A DNA stretch of 52,377 nucleotides, from the IMG/VR virus record IMGVR_UViG_3300017785_001504, positions 1-52,377 of that record; one strand, given 5' to 3'. Made by a program: the position numbers and the translations under genes. The notes under the pieces were generated by a model. The model saw only the letters and a program-made list of their open reading frames with translations, was not told where the DNA came from and did no database searches. Source of the DNA: a virus. Its lineage: Duplodnaviria; Caudoviricetes. This document shows, piece after piece, positions 27,847-38,070 of the stretch; position 1 is the first letter of the stretch; the number at the start of each line of letters is the position of its first letter.

Positions 27847-28626
27847 AGGAAAACTTTTGAATGCTGATGTACTTACTGCAAATAACTCTACCTCTACCTC
27901 AGCAGCTGATCCATTTAATGATAACGATAGGTCTAAATACCTACCTCGCGCCCCATATGATTCAGCCACAGGGCCTTTCAGTATGTACACATAGCTTCCT
28001 GGCGATGGTGAATTTATAAACCCAGGTGTCGGTATTACAGGTGCGGGTGGGTTGTTACTTGAAACGGATATCACATTTCCAACCACATCTACAACATATC
28101 CAACCTGTATGCTTGTTATTAGGTTGTTGTTTGAGTCAACAATGCCACTTATTATTAAGTCACCTGTAGATGCATTACTAACCTGTGTGTCCATTGTAAG
28201 CTCAAAGCCGACAATAGAGTCTATGATACCAACGCCTTGTGCAGATATCATCTGTAAGTTATTGTCACTCACAGGTCTTCTTATGTATGCAAAAAAATCG
28301 CCCTCTTTCTTTGAGAACTGAGATACGTTCATATAAACAGGATCAAGATCTGTAGACCCTGTAACGTTTAATGGGTGAGTGCTATCTAGCGCTAAACTCT
28401 TATACATCTTACTCTCCATTGGAGACTGATTTATAATTGTTTTTATTGAGAATCCGTCTGTTGTATTATAGAATCTAGTCCTAACAGTATTAGCGTCATG
28501 CTGATAAAGAGAGCCACCTTTAAATGAATAGAATATACTATTTAACCCAACCATCCACTCAGGTCGATAACTCCACCTAGATGTCCATCCTTGAGATGCT
28601 TCTGAATAAGTTATTGTATCTATCAT
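27844..28626 (-). CDS. Tail muzzle/stabilisation protein, C-terminal part
   Basis: TITYSE..GWTSRWSYRPEWM..FYSFKGG.LYQH, KKEG, ESYGARG, ELFAV resemble the usual C-terminus of this family. Confidence 0.7.
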   Translation of the reverse strand: MIDTITYSEASQGWTSRWSYRPEWMVGLNSIFYSFKGGSLYQHDANTVRTRFYNTTDGFSIKTIINQSPMESKMYKSLALDSTHPLNVTGSTDLDPVYMNVSQFSKKEGDFFAYIRRPVSDNNLQMISAQGVGIIDSIVGFELTMDTQVSNASTGDLIISGIVDSNNNLITSIQVGYVVDVVGNVISVSSNNPPAPVIPTPGFINSPSPGSYVYILKGPVAESYGARGRYLDLSLSLNGSAAEVEVELFAVSTSAFKSFP

Positions 28627-28630
28627 ACAA

Positions 28631-28638
28631 CAAAGTTA
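28631..28638 (-). promoter_or_regulatory. Bacteroidota -7 box
   Basis: TAACTTTG, 4 nt before ATG. Confidence 0.65.
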
Positions 28639-28644
28639 CGAATT

Positions 28645-29562
28645 TTAGACCAAGCAACTTTTCATGCCTTTGATCATTTCATAGTAGTGGTATGAGCATC
28701 TGTTTGGGTCTATCTCTAAATCTTCACCAAATGGAAGTGTGTGCATATATGACGCTTTATGGAACATTCCTTGTTGGTTATTCATCACACCTGCGTTGTG
28801 GAAAAAGTATACGTCATCCCATGTGCTTGATGGGCATGTAGCCCAAGCAAAATCAAAGTCCTTTGGCACCGTTACATGATGCCCAAAAAACCAAGCGTTC
28901 CATAGCTCGGCCCACATACTAGCCGTCCATGCCTGTATGCCGTTTGGATCGCCTTCCTTTTTAACGTGCTGCATGCCGGTCAGTAGTTTGTATAGTCCTT
29001 TGCTGTCTTCCTCTACCTTTTTCCAATAGTGATGCGTCAAGTTTTTCATTAGCTTCTGAGCGCCACCGCTCCTATCCTTATTAAACTCAACTATTTTTCT
29101 AGATATGCCAACTTGATTACACATGGCTTTTAAGATCTCTTCACCCTTGCTCATGATATAGTCGTAACCTATGTATGAGATAGTGTCTGAGAAGTACCAA
29201 ATATTGTTGTCTAGGTATGGTGTAAAGTCTAGGTATTTAGTAAATACAAAGTCAGCATCATGAAAAAAGATTGCATCGTTTGTCAGATCAGGATGCTTCT
29301 TGAAATGCTTTTGCAATAGGTGTGCCTGTATGGCAGGTGGATAGTCGCATTCACCCATGGTATCTTTATAGAAAAAGAACCTAGCAATGTCAGAATATGT
29401 CTGATACAACTTATTCCACGACTCAGGTATCTCATCTTGATACCCAGCAACTATGTCAATATTTTTGTAACCTAACGAAGCAAAGTTATGTATACATACC
29501 TCAATCTGCCATGCATAGTAGTCAAGCGCTGGTTGCGCTGACAACATCCTAAGTGTTCTCAT
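28645..29562 (-). CDS. GT-A glycosyltransferase resembling peptide O-glycosyltransferases (HPAT GT95 / SGT1 GT96)
   Basis: YYAWQ, DYPPAI, FFHDADFVF (DxD), GGAQ, WTASMW, late FHNAG. Confidence 0.7.
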   Translation of the reverse strand: MRTLRMLSAQPALDYYAWQIEVCIHNFASLGYKNIDIVAGYQDEIPESWNKLYQTYSDIARFFFYKDTMGECDYPPAIQAHLLQKHFKKHPDLTNDAIFFHDADFVFTKYLDFTPYLDNNIWYFSDTISYIGYDYIMSKGEEILKAMCNQVGISRKIVEFNKDRSGGAQKLMKNLTHHYWKKVEEDSKGLYKLLTGMQHVKKEGDPNGIQAWTASMWAELWNAWFFGHHVTVPKDFDFAWATCPSSTWDDVYFFHNAGVMNNQQGMFHKASYMHTLPFGEDLEIDPNRCSYHYYEMIKGMKSCLV

Positions 29563-32201
29563 TAACAGGTTTTACTTGCGCCGGTCCAGTTTGATCCGTT
29601 CCACTCATACGCAATATTTGTAATTAAATTTAAATACCAACCCAATGGTGCCCTTACGGAACCAAAGATGTCTGTAAAGATATAATTTCCTGGGATACCA
29701 ATAGGGCCGTTCACGTAATAATTATCAATGTCAAGCACTGAACAAACAGATGATTGTGAAGCAGAGTATGACAGCGTGATGTTAAACAATGGCGCTGCTG
29801 TTGTGGTCGTTGTAGTTGTTGTTGTAGTTGTAGTAGTCGTAGTTGTAGTTGTAGTAGTCGTAGTTGTTGTGGCAGCGCACTCTGAACAGCTGCCATACGT
29901 ATACAATATAGTTCCCGTGATTGCACCTGGACCTACTGACGCAGTGATAGTACAACAATTTCCATTGTTATCCTTCACATAGTTAGGCAAACTTAATGCC
30001 TCAAAGCCTGTGTATTGTAACAATACAGCGGCACCGCCAACACACCTTGTGCCTGAGTAGTATCTAACAGGAATGGTTGTTGTGGTTGTAGTTGTAGTAA
30101 CTCCTGAGCATGCTGACAAGTTGAGTATTTGTCCTGTGTCAGCAATTAGGCAGGCATAAGTTACACCAGACTTTCTAACTAGATACCATAAGAAAGCTCC
30201 ATTGAATAATGTTGTGGCGCCTGCATTTGTGTAAACAAAGCTGTTTACTGCAAATGTGCCTGTATGGTAGTAAGTAATGTATGTAGGTGTTTCTGTGCAT
30301 GCCAATGTAGCTGTAGTGAGACCAGTAGTGTCAATATCAAAACTAGTCACAGGTATTGCTGTGGTTGTGCTAGTTGTGGTTGTAGTCGTTGTCGTCCCTG
30401 TACAGGCTGTGCAGTCTGCATATGTGACTATTGGTGTAATGACATTATAGTATGGAAATGTTGCAGATGTCGATCCGGTTACTCTCCAGCAGCTACCATC
30501 TGTTGTTTTTATAACCCTTCCGGTTGTTATAGCTGTCCCTAGTGAATTTCTTAAAATGACATCTACTGAACTATCAGAACAAGATGTGGCTGTAAAATAA
30601 GTTCCAGCAGGAAGCGTTGTAGTTGTAGTTGTGGTTGTAGTAGTAGTTGTGCCAGCACATGTTGATTTTTTCAATACAGTGCCATGAGTGTCTACCTGAA
30701 TTGAATAATTTGAGTCATTTATTTGATACCACTTTTCGCCGCCCATGAATGGTCTTGTTGCCGCAGAATCATAATAAATAGTGTCAGTAAGATCAGGTAT
30801 ATAGTTGTTACCGCTAAAGTATAGCAGTGTGTATGACGGTGTAATTGCGCATGCGTCACTACCTGACTCTTGGAATTGCTCTACGTCAATTAGAAAAGGC
30901 TTTAAGTCGCCTGTGTCAACCACATTTATTGCAATAACTGTTGATGAGCTAGTGCCTCTACAGTTTATAGCTCTAAGCGTTACTGAATAAGTACCAGCAG
31001 GGCAGTTGTTAAATAAGATCGTTCCATTAGAAAATGAAGACTCAGATGGCAATGTGCTTGCTAGTAAGTTCCAAGATGTTGGGTTGTTTATAGCCTCTAT
31101 GGTGACAGACTCTTGTATGTTTGACTCGACTGTTATAGTGTCAGCAAGGATAAAAGGAGCAGCATATTCAAAGCATGTGCAATTTTCTTTTGAAAGTACC
31201 TCACCTGTTAAACTTGAAGTTATATAATAAATAGCTGAGGAAACAACTGGAGAATCTATTAAATGTAAATACTCATCACCAATATAAACCTCTAAACCAT
31301 CGTTTGTAACAAACAATTGATCACCAACATTAGGTAGTAAATCAATACCATTGTGCCATATTTCATCCGCAGGTAACTGAGCACATACATCAGAAGGTAT
31401 TCCAGGAGCCGTATCTATAAACAACCTAGTTAAGTATGGATTGATTTTATTAACAATCCACGTAGACCCACTAAATGGAGATGATACAATTAGATTTGCC
31501 TCTTCGGTTGGTAAGTTTTTGTAAAAATTAATAGTACCATCGCCATTATCAACAAGGCCATCATAAGGAGCCACAAGTCCAATGTCTTCAGCAGGTATAC
31601 CTGCCGCAATTAGTGCATCGTAATTTGCGGTTGAATTTAAACCCACATACTTAGTGTCAGCTACAATCTCTCCGTTCCATTCAATCTGATATCTTGTTGG
31701 TTGATCAGGATCAATGGTATTAAAATTAATACCAGCCCGGCCAATGTTTGGACCAAAAGACATGCCTATTGATCTGTTCTCAGTTACACCTTTGTAGGAT
31801 GCAACTGTATTCATTTTATCCTCATAGTCCCAAAGAAGGTAGACGTAGTCATAGTTGTTTGGGTTTGAGAAAACAAATTGACCGGTAAACACACCCCCGC
31901 TAAATACTACAGGGATCTCTGTGGCTGCCGCTAATATGGTTGCCTTATCTTCAGATGAGTACTGAATGTCAGATACGAGGTAGTATAGCTTGTTGTTTAA
32001 CGTAGGAGCAAGTTTCTCGTAAGACGCTGATGTTGATCCAGCAACTACCGTGACAGTGGCACCATTATATGGTATATAATCAATACCACCCACGCCAGTG
32101 CTAGAGTCAAATAGAGCGATAGCGCTATTACTTAGAATGACGTTGTCTATTGTATACGTGGAGCTGCCGGTATATGCAAATGATTGTTTAGTTTTAGTCA
32201 T
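29562..32201 (-). CDS. Mucin-like modular tail/surface protein with poly-Thr linkers
   Basis: Ig-like domain, repeated Cys-containing modules, Thr tracts of 12, 12 (one Ser), 8 and 24 residues. Confidence 0.8.
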   Translation of the reverse strand: MTKTKQSFAYTGSSTYTIDNVILSNSAIALFDSSTGVGGIDYIPYNGATVTVVAGSTSASYEKLAPTLNNKLYYLVSDIQYSSEDKATILAAATEIPVVFSGGVFTGQFVFSNPNNYDYVYLLWDYEDKMNTVASYKGVTENRSIGMSFGPNIGRAGINFNTIDPDQPTRYQIEWNGEIVADTKYVGLNSTANYDALIAAGIPAEDIGLVAPYDGLVDNGDGTINFYKNLPTEEANLIVSSPFSGSTWIVNKINPYLTRLFIDTAPGIPSDVCAQLPADEIWHNGIDLLPNVGDQLFVTNDGLEVYIGDEYLHLIDSPVVSSAIYYITSSLTGEVLSKENCTCFEYAAPFILADTITVESNIQESVTIEAINNPTSWNLLASTLPSESSFSNGTILFNNCPAGTYSVTLRAINCRGTSSSTVIAINVVDTGDLKPFLIDVEQFQESGSDACAITPSYTLLYFSGNNYIPDLTDTIYYDSAATRPFMGGEKWYQINDSNYSIQVDTHGTVLKKSTCAGTTTTTTTTTTTTLPAGTYFTATSCSDSSVDVILRNSLGTAITTGRVIKTTDGSCWRVTGSTSATFPYYNVITPIVTYADCTACTGTTTTTTTTSTTTAIPVTSFDIDTTGLTTATLACTETPTYITYYHTGTFAVNSFVYTNAGATTLFNGAFLWYLVRKSGVTYACLIADTGQILNLSACSGVTTTTTTTTIPVRYYSGTRCVGGAAVLLQYTGFEALSLPNYVKDNNGNCCTITASVGPGAITGTILYTYGSCSECAATTTTTTTTTTTTTTTTTTTTTTTTAAPLFNITLSYSASQSSVCSVLDIDNYYVNGPIGIPGNYIFTDIFGSVRAPLGWYLNLITNIAYEWNGSNWTGASKTC
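29799..29870 (-). repeat. (ACN)24 poly-threonine tract
   Basis: 72 bp of mixed Thr codons; other tracts at 30075-30098, 30360-30395, 30615-30650. Confidence 0.95.
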
Positions 32202-35200
32202 TTATGCCGAATGTTATAATATTAAAGCCTATCTTTTGGTCTCTTCCTTGAGTTAATGTGTAATCTACATATGAATTACAGTAATGAACTCTAAACTTAA
32301 TAGACCTTGGTGTTGCGGTTAGATTGTTTTGAACTCTAGCGTATATATCTTGAGATCCAACACCATTTTGATTGTATGTTGGCAACTCCACCCAGTTAGT
32401 GCCAAATCCATTATTAAGAACTTCAATGTCCCAAGATGTTGTACCTGATATTGAGAACATATACTCTAAACCTCCAGCCGTATTATGAGCAACGCTTCCG
32501 CTAGTAGGATTGATTGTTATGTCACAAGGCGTGTTTCTAATGAATGTAGATGCAATTACGTAATTGTGGTTGTATGGATCGTAGGCACCAAGCTTAGCAT
32601 TTTGAGGATTTGCCTTCATTAAATCCCTAAAGTAATCAGACATACCAACTCTAGATACCTCTAGGACTTGATCATTTGTCATCTTCAATACAGCACCTCT
32701 TCTTGCATCTGAGAAATACATTGTATCTCCCCAAACCGCAAAACTCTCAGGATTGCTAGATATACCAAACTCGTATGGGTATGCAATCTGTGTACCAAGC
32801 ACCTCAGGCACTGATGCGACAGTACCACCACCAACAGCGTCAACTAGTAGATTTTTGCCATAAAGTACTGACGTTATCTTATTCTGATGTAAAACCAATA
32901 GGTCTGTAGTTCTAGCGTAAATCTTCTGAACAGAGCCAAAGTTCTTGTCAAGGTTCTTGAAGTTAGCTGTAGATAGGTTGAACTCATTGAGTCTGTTGAT
33001 TGAAGAGCTCCATTGGTATAGGCCACTATAGGTTAGTGACGCATCTTTTACTTGCTGCTCATAGTCCTCGATTACAGTGCTAGCTCTTAAGCTATACTTA
33101 AGCCAAGGCTCATTGTATGTGTCAAGAATTCTGTTAGACTCGACACCATTGCCGTAGCAGTATGCGTTATAGTCAGAGTTCTTGTTAGTCGTGTTGTTCA
33201 AAACAACTATAGCTGGGTTCAGCGCACTAGTTTGGTCTTGATCAAAGTCATTATTCGACACACCACCAGGTTGATTGGACGGAACGACATAATTGATTAT
33301 TATGGAGTATCTATCTGGAGCTGATACAACTGTAAAAGGAGTGCCTGCTGGAATGTTTACTGATGTTATATAGACAGTCTGACCTGCCTCAAAGTAATGC
33401 GGCTCCTTGTTTCCGTTTTGAGTGAGCTTTGAGTTTAAACCAATTACTTGTGATGAGTCATACTTCCACAAAGAAAGGTGATTGCCATTCTCTATCTTGT
33501 GTGTTCTGCTAAGCTCATAGTAGATATCTGTGTCATCATTTGATGGGACTGTTTCGGCAGAAATCCTATTACTAATAGGAGTCTGAGTTACCTTTAAAGA
33601 GGCCTTTATTTCATTAAGATTAGATCCCGATCCAGTTCCAAATCCTTGAATAATCATATAAATATCACCTCCAACATTGGATTGATTTATCTGATTACTT
33701 AAAGGGTTGCCTGTATTTTGATAATTCGTTCCGTATCTAAATGTAACTCCTCTTGATCCAATATTTGTTCCTGATTGGTTATATTGAATATATGACGCAT
33801 AAGCACCTGACTCATAAAACCACTCTTCTAAGTTTTTGTAGTAGTTATTTGATATAAAACTCTGAACACCTGTTCCATTCGTAGGGTTATTTGGATTAGA
33901 ATCAAATAAAATATTTATCTCTATAGATGCGCCAGGAAATATAACCCCAGGTCCCTTTAATATAGCACCTCCTCCATAGAATGTCGCGGTACCTGGTAAT
34001 CCATACCCAGTATATGGATAAGATGGAGTACCTTCTGTACTTCCATCTCCTCTAACATTGAAAACCCATCTATCACCTACGTTATAAATTGCATTAGCAA
34101 AGTCAAGCTTCATACCAAGAGAAGAAGATGATAATGTATAACTTCCTCCAAATGGAATTGGAATATTAGCAGACCATGTTGATAATGCTAGGTTTGAAGT
34201 CCATCTAAACTCGTCATTTGGAAGTATCTCTACATTAATCCTAAAATCAGACTCAGAGTTTAAAGGACCTACAAATGAAGCAGTAACATCCTGCGTTGTA
34301 GGTATAATTGTATTGTCACCTGTATAGCTATAGTAAGATGTATCAATATTTAAAGATCTATTAAATACAGGTATTCTTAAACCTCTTCCTGATCCATCAA
34401 AGTTGAAATTTTGCTGAGCGCTTACGTTTAAGAAAGTATCTGAGGCATCGGCTTTAATTTTAAAATAAAGACCTTCTAATGCACCTGCTATAAAACCAAC
34501 TGGCTTTTGCTCTAGCTCTAGTACTTTAAATCTTTTATTCGTGTTTGTTGCGCCGGTATCAAAAGACTTGAATATGATAAACCCATTTACTTTTATCTTA
34601 TCTCTATCAGACTCGTTAATTAAAAAGTAACGGTATGATCCTGATCTTAAGAATGTAGTTGGGAAAATATTATAGTACTCACCCTTTGACTGCTTGACAA
34701 AGAATCTATATCCAGTCGCCCATTCAGGTGCCTTATTTTTAATCTTTACAACTAATGAGTTTGCCGTATCTGAGTTTTCAGCAGGTATGTATACAGAGTT
34801 TGATTGGTTGTTATTTGTATTGTCAGATGATGTGGTCAATACAGTTGTCATTCTGCCGTAGTCATCTAGATAAGCGATACCAATCTCGTAGTCACGATCA
34901 CTTCTCCATGTCTGTTTTGGATCAACTATAATTGGCTCTGATATATAGTCAACAACATAGTCAATGTCAATCATGCCAGCAGAGTTAACTAAATCTCTAA
35001 ACTGAGTGTAATTACCCATAACTAGTCGGCTACCAATCACATCTTGAGCTAATGCCTTTAATGGGACGTTGTCAAATAATCTAGTGGTTTGATCAGATGG
35101 CAGTGCTGCGTAAGTCTTATTGTTCATAAAAACAAAAGACTGTACTGAATCATCAGGTATACTGAGTTCTGATTTGTTTAAGTTGTCTATGATCCTTACA

Positions 35201-36039
35201 TTGAGAGTTCTTGACTCCCAAACCAATAGCTGTATCTCTTTTACAAATTCATTTCCTGTCTCAAATGATAGCTCAACCTGATTGAACTTGTTGAGCATGC
35301 CTTTATTTTCACCTGTCTGACTGTCAATTTGCAAAACCTTAGGATCAAACGCGACTGCTGAAAATGGAGACATTGATGAGTACTCGTTGTCTACATACTT
35401 GTACCTATAGCTGAAGTAAACAAACTTATCCTCAATATTGTTTGGTATAAGATTGGGACTAGAGAGTATAGATAACTTAATGTATGGAGCGTTGAGCGGT
35501 GGCCTAACAATAAGATTGATGTCCATGTCGATACGAGGGTCATCAACTGAATACGTTCTAGCTCTACTTATGTTGATTTTTCTAGGCTCATTCTTGTTAT
35601 CATTCCATACCAATATGCCACTGCCTTTGCCATCAGTAATGTAGTTTACACCTGTGATTAGGTTGTTCTTAGTGAAGCCTAGCTGACCTTGTGTGCATCC
35701 AAGTATTAATGACGTTATTTGGTTTTCTTGGTTGTACTCAAATATACCCTCAAAGTTAGACCCAACTACAAACCAATATAGTAGGCTTTGCGCCTCGTAT
35801 GTTACGGCTCCAATAGTTGATAGGTCGTTGCTTATGGTTACACCCATACTGGCTAATATACTCTGTGGAATATTTAGCTGAGTGTTTCCGAATGCATTCT
35901 GAACGGCACCTATGCTAGACCCCTCAGACGTGTCAATAGTTATGTTAACCGCATCACGGTATTCTCCATCAGGAATCAACCTCTCATCGAGGTCTTTATT
36001 CATTCTCCCGGCAAGAAATGTTCTTTGTAGGTCAGCCAT
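32194..36039 (-). CDS. Tail muzzle/stabilisation protein, N-terminal part
   Basis: F.AGRMNKDLDERL..GEYRDA.N start, FSYRYKY, YGNGVES, FGISSNPESFA, GAYDPY. Confidence 0.8.
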   Translation of the reverse strand: MADLQRTFLAGRMNKDLDERLIPDGEYRDAVNITIDTSEGSSIGAVQNAFGNTQLNIPQSILASMGVTISNDLSTIGAVTYEAQSLLYWFVVGSNFEGIFEYNQENQITSLILGCTQGQLGFTKNNLITGVNYITDGKGSGILVWNDNKNEPRKINISRARTYSVDDPRIDMDINLIVRPPLNAPYIKLSILSSPNLIPNNIEDKFVYFSYRYKYVDNEYSSMSPFSAVAFDPKVLQIDSQTGENKGMLNKFNQVELSFETGNEFVKEIQLLVWESRTLNVRIIDNLNKSELSIPDDSVQSFVFMNNKTYAALPSDQTTRLFDNVPLKALAQDVIGSRLVMGNYTQFRDLVNSAGMIDIDYVVDYISEPIIVDPKQTWRSDRDYEIGIAYLDDYGRMTTVLTTSSDNTNNNQSNSVYIPAENSDTANSLVVKIKNKAPEWATGYRFFVKQSKGEYYNIFPTTFLRSGSYRYFLINESDRDKIKVNGFIIFKSFDTGATNTNKRFKVLELEQKPVGFIAGALEGLYFKIKADASDTFLNVSAQQNFNFDGSGRGLRIPVFNRSLNIDTSYYSYTGDNTIIPTTQDVTASFVGPLNSESDFRINVEILPNDEFRWTSNLALSTWSANIPIPFGGSYTLSSSSLGMKLDFANAIYNVGDRWVFNVRGDGSTEGTPSYPYTGYGLPGTATFYGGGAILKGPGVIFPGASIEINILFDSNPNNPTNGTGVQSFISNNYYKNLEEWFYESGAYASYIQYNQSGTNIGSRGVTFRYGTNYQNTGNPLSNQINQSNVGGDIYMIIQGFGTGSGSNLNEIKASLKVTQTPISNRISAETVPSNDDTDIYYELSRTHKIENGNHLSLWKYDSSQVIGLNSKLTQNGNKEPHYFEAGQTVYITSVNIPAGTPFTVVSAPDRYSIIINYVVPSNQPGGVSNNDFDQDQTSALNPAIVVLNNTTNKNSDYNAYCYGNGVESNRILDTYNEPWLKYSLRASTVIEDYEQQVKDASLTYSGLYQWSSSINRLNEFNLSTANFKNLDKNFGSVQKIYARTTDLLVLHQNKITSVLYGKNLLVDAVGGGTVASVPEVLGTQIAYPYEFGISSNPESFAVWGDTMYFSDARRGAVLKMTNDQVLEVSRVGMSDYFRDLMKANPQNAKLGAYDPYNHNYVIASTFIRNTPCDITINPTSGSVAHNTAGGLEYMFSISGTTSWDIEVLNNGFGTNWVELPTYNQNGVGSQDIYARVQNNLTATPRSIKFRVHYCNSYVDYTLTQGRDQKIGFNIITFGIND

Positions 36040-36041
36040 AA

Positions 36042-36950
36042 TTACTTAATCCATTTATCCTTGCCTCTCATTGCCATCAACAATCGGCCTGGGTGCATGT
36101 TGCTCAATCTGATTTTTGTATTTCTAAGGGCAGCTGTTTTTTCTTTCTTAACCCTGCTAACAATATACTCTTGGACACCAAACTTATTAGTAAGCAAGGC
36201 CCACTTCAAGTAAGCATAGATATATTCTTCTGCTAATTTATTGATAGAGATGGCGCTTGTGTCGCCGTTCTCCATTCCGTCTGATATGTACTCAAGCACA
36301 ATATAAGAGTGCTCTACGCCTGATGTAAAGTCAATTACACCAGCTGCTTTGTTGATGTAGTACTTAGGGTTGATATTTGCGTCAGCTGTATTCAATCCAA
36401 AGTTCTGCGCGATTGGGTATCCAAAATACCACTCCCCGTCATACTCCCAACCCATTTGGTTGTAGTATGCGCCAGGTCCCACATATAGTCTATTCTCTTG
36501 GCGCAGGATATCTAGTCTTGACTCACCAATAACTACCTCTCCATTTGAGTCAAATACAATCTGACCGTTATTATCTTGAAGGTATGCTGTAGCTGTGATG
36601 CTCTGTCTAGCCTCTGTAAGTGGATACAATACACCACCTCTAAGCATTGATATTCGAACGTAGTTAACGTAGTCAGGAGGCAATACCAACTTAAGCTGGT
36701 CTCCTAGCTCAAACTCAAGAACCTTGATATTTCTGAGTGCATCGTAGTTTAGCTCTTGGATGGCTCTCTTTGCATGAAATAGAATGGTGTATCGATCGAC
36801 ATTGTTAATCAACTTATCATTCCCAACATAATTCAATATGAAGTTGTTGATCATATAGTCAAGCGTAACATATTGATAAGACCCCCAATTTGCATCTTCA
36901 GGGACATTACCATTGTTGGTATAGTACTGATAGTTAGTTATATATGCCAT
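36042..36950 (-). CDS. Virion structural protein (neck/tail ring)
   Basis: Position; LPPDYVNYVRIS pattern of adaptor/ring proteins. Confidence 0.7.
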   Translation of the reverse strand: MAYITNYQYYTNNGNVPEDANWGSYQYVTLDYMINNFILNYVGNDKLINNVDRYTILFHAKRAIQELNYDALRNIKVLEFELGDQLKLVLPPDYVNYVRISMLRGGVLYPLTEARQSITATAYLQDNNGQIVFDSNGEVVIGESRLDILRQENRLYVGPGAYYNQMGWEYDGEWYFGYPIAQNFGLNTADANINPKYYINKAAGVIDFTSGVEHSYIVLEYISDGMENGDTSAISINKLAEEYIYAYLKWALLTNKFGVQEYIVSRVKKEKTAALRNTKIRLSNMHPGRLLMAMRGKDKWIK

Positions 36951-37678
36951 TATTGTTTCTGTTGAATGTCTTGTACTTCTTCAGCCTTAGCAGCAGCTAC
37001 AACGTCCTGCTCTCTGATTGATATACCAGAATACTCTAGTATCTTGATAACTAAATTTGCAAAGTCATCTAACGGCAACTCAAAGTCTTGATACGTAGTA
37101 GATCCAGGTGCTCCAGGATTAAACAAAGGATCACCAAGTGGAGATGTTGAGTAAGTCCACTGTGGGTCTTTGGGGTATCTTAAGTACTGCGCTGATATAG
37201 ATGTAGATGAATAAGGTGCAGGAGGTGCTATTGTTGTTGGATACACAACAATACCATTCTGATCCATTGTGTATACTGGATATGAAGTCGTAGGAGCGGT
37301 TAGATTTGCATTGACTAGGTTTAATATCTTTCGATGACTAACCTTTTCAATCTCAGTATTGTTATTGTATATTAACTTCTCTAAAAAATAATAATCTGCC
37401 GGCAGGTTAAATCTACTTGTAATACCATTATATGATAATGGAGCGAATGTAGAAAAAGTATCAATTACCTCAGCCATGTTTTTAGGGATGTCAGTATACC
37501 CCTCACCATGCATTCGACCGTTCTGCTTGTTGATTGCATTGCTGTAATTGTACATATACTGCCCGAAAATCTCAAGCTGTGCCTGCTTTGCAAACAAGTT
37601 AAACTCAAATGGCGTAATGAAGCCACGGTTGTCTTTGCTAATTATTGATAGGACGGTATTTCGAACGTCATTGATCAT
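36950..37678 (-). CDS. Head-tail adaptor/ring protein
   Basis: MINDVRNTVL..KDNRGFITP.EFN; LPADY; YLRYP; start moved to ATG 37678. Confidence 0.7.
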   Translation of the reverse strand: MINDVRNTVLSIISKDNRGFITPFEFNLFAKQAQLEIFGQYMYNYSNAINKQNGRMHGEGYTDIPKNMAEVIDTFSTFAPLSYNGITSRFNLPADYYFLEKLIYNNNTEIEKVSHRKILNLVNANLTAPTTSYPVYTMDQNGIVVYPTTIAPPAPYSSTSISAQYLRYPKDPQWTYSTSPLGDPLFNPGAPGSTTYQDFELPLDDFANLVIKILEYSGISIREQDVVAAAKAEEVQDIQQKQ

Positions 37679-37693
37679 CTGACTGCTTTTGTA

Positions 37694-37736
37694 CAAAGAT
37701 AAATAAAAAAAGGCACTCCATTAGAAGTGCCCTTTT
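37694..37736 (-). terminator. Intrinsic terminator followed by a -7 promoter box
   Basis: GGCACT/AGTGCC stem plus T7, then TATCTTTG (37694-37701). Confidence 0.7.
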
Positions 37737-37755
37737 AGTAGTAGTTAGCTAATGA

Positions 37756-38034
37756 TTAAGCTACACCAATGCTGCTTACTGATTGCGGAAGAGTAGCATC
37801 ATAGACTGGGTTAGTCCAAGATGTTTTTAATGCGTTAGCAATTTCATTTTGGATGGCATTACGCATGCTGAATGCAACTTGAGCGGCATGAGTAATTGTA
37901 ATAACCTTACCACCAGCATAAGTAATATCAGTAGCGGTAGCGGTAGCGTTATTACTATCAACTAAAATAACATTAGTTGCAGCAATTAATTGATTACCTT
38001 CATTGGTAACCGGGATACTTAAAAACTTTTCCAT
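37756..38034 (-). CDS. Small virion protein (possible capsid decoration)
   Basis: A/T/V-rich 92 aa; own -7 box TAACTTTG at 38066-38073 and own terminator. Confidence 0.65.
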   Translation of the reverse strand: MEKFLSIPVTNEGNQLIAATNVILVDSNNATATATDITYAGGKVITITHAAQVAFSMRNAIQNEIANALKTSWTNPVYDATLPQSVSSIGVA

Positions 38035-38070
38035 TTTGTAAAAAATTAATGGGTTAAACAATACCCAAAG

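Noticed and set aside
29728-29982. Poly-Val ORF on the + strand (and Leu/Gln-rich ORF 29711-29926)
   Set aside because: Shadow frames of the poly-Thr tract.
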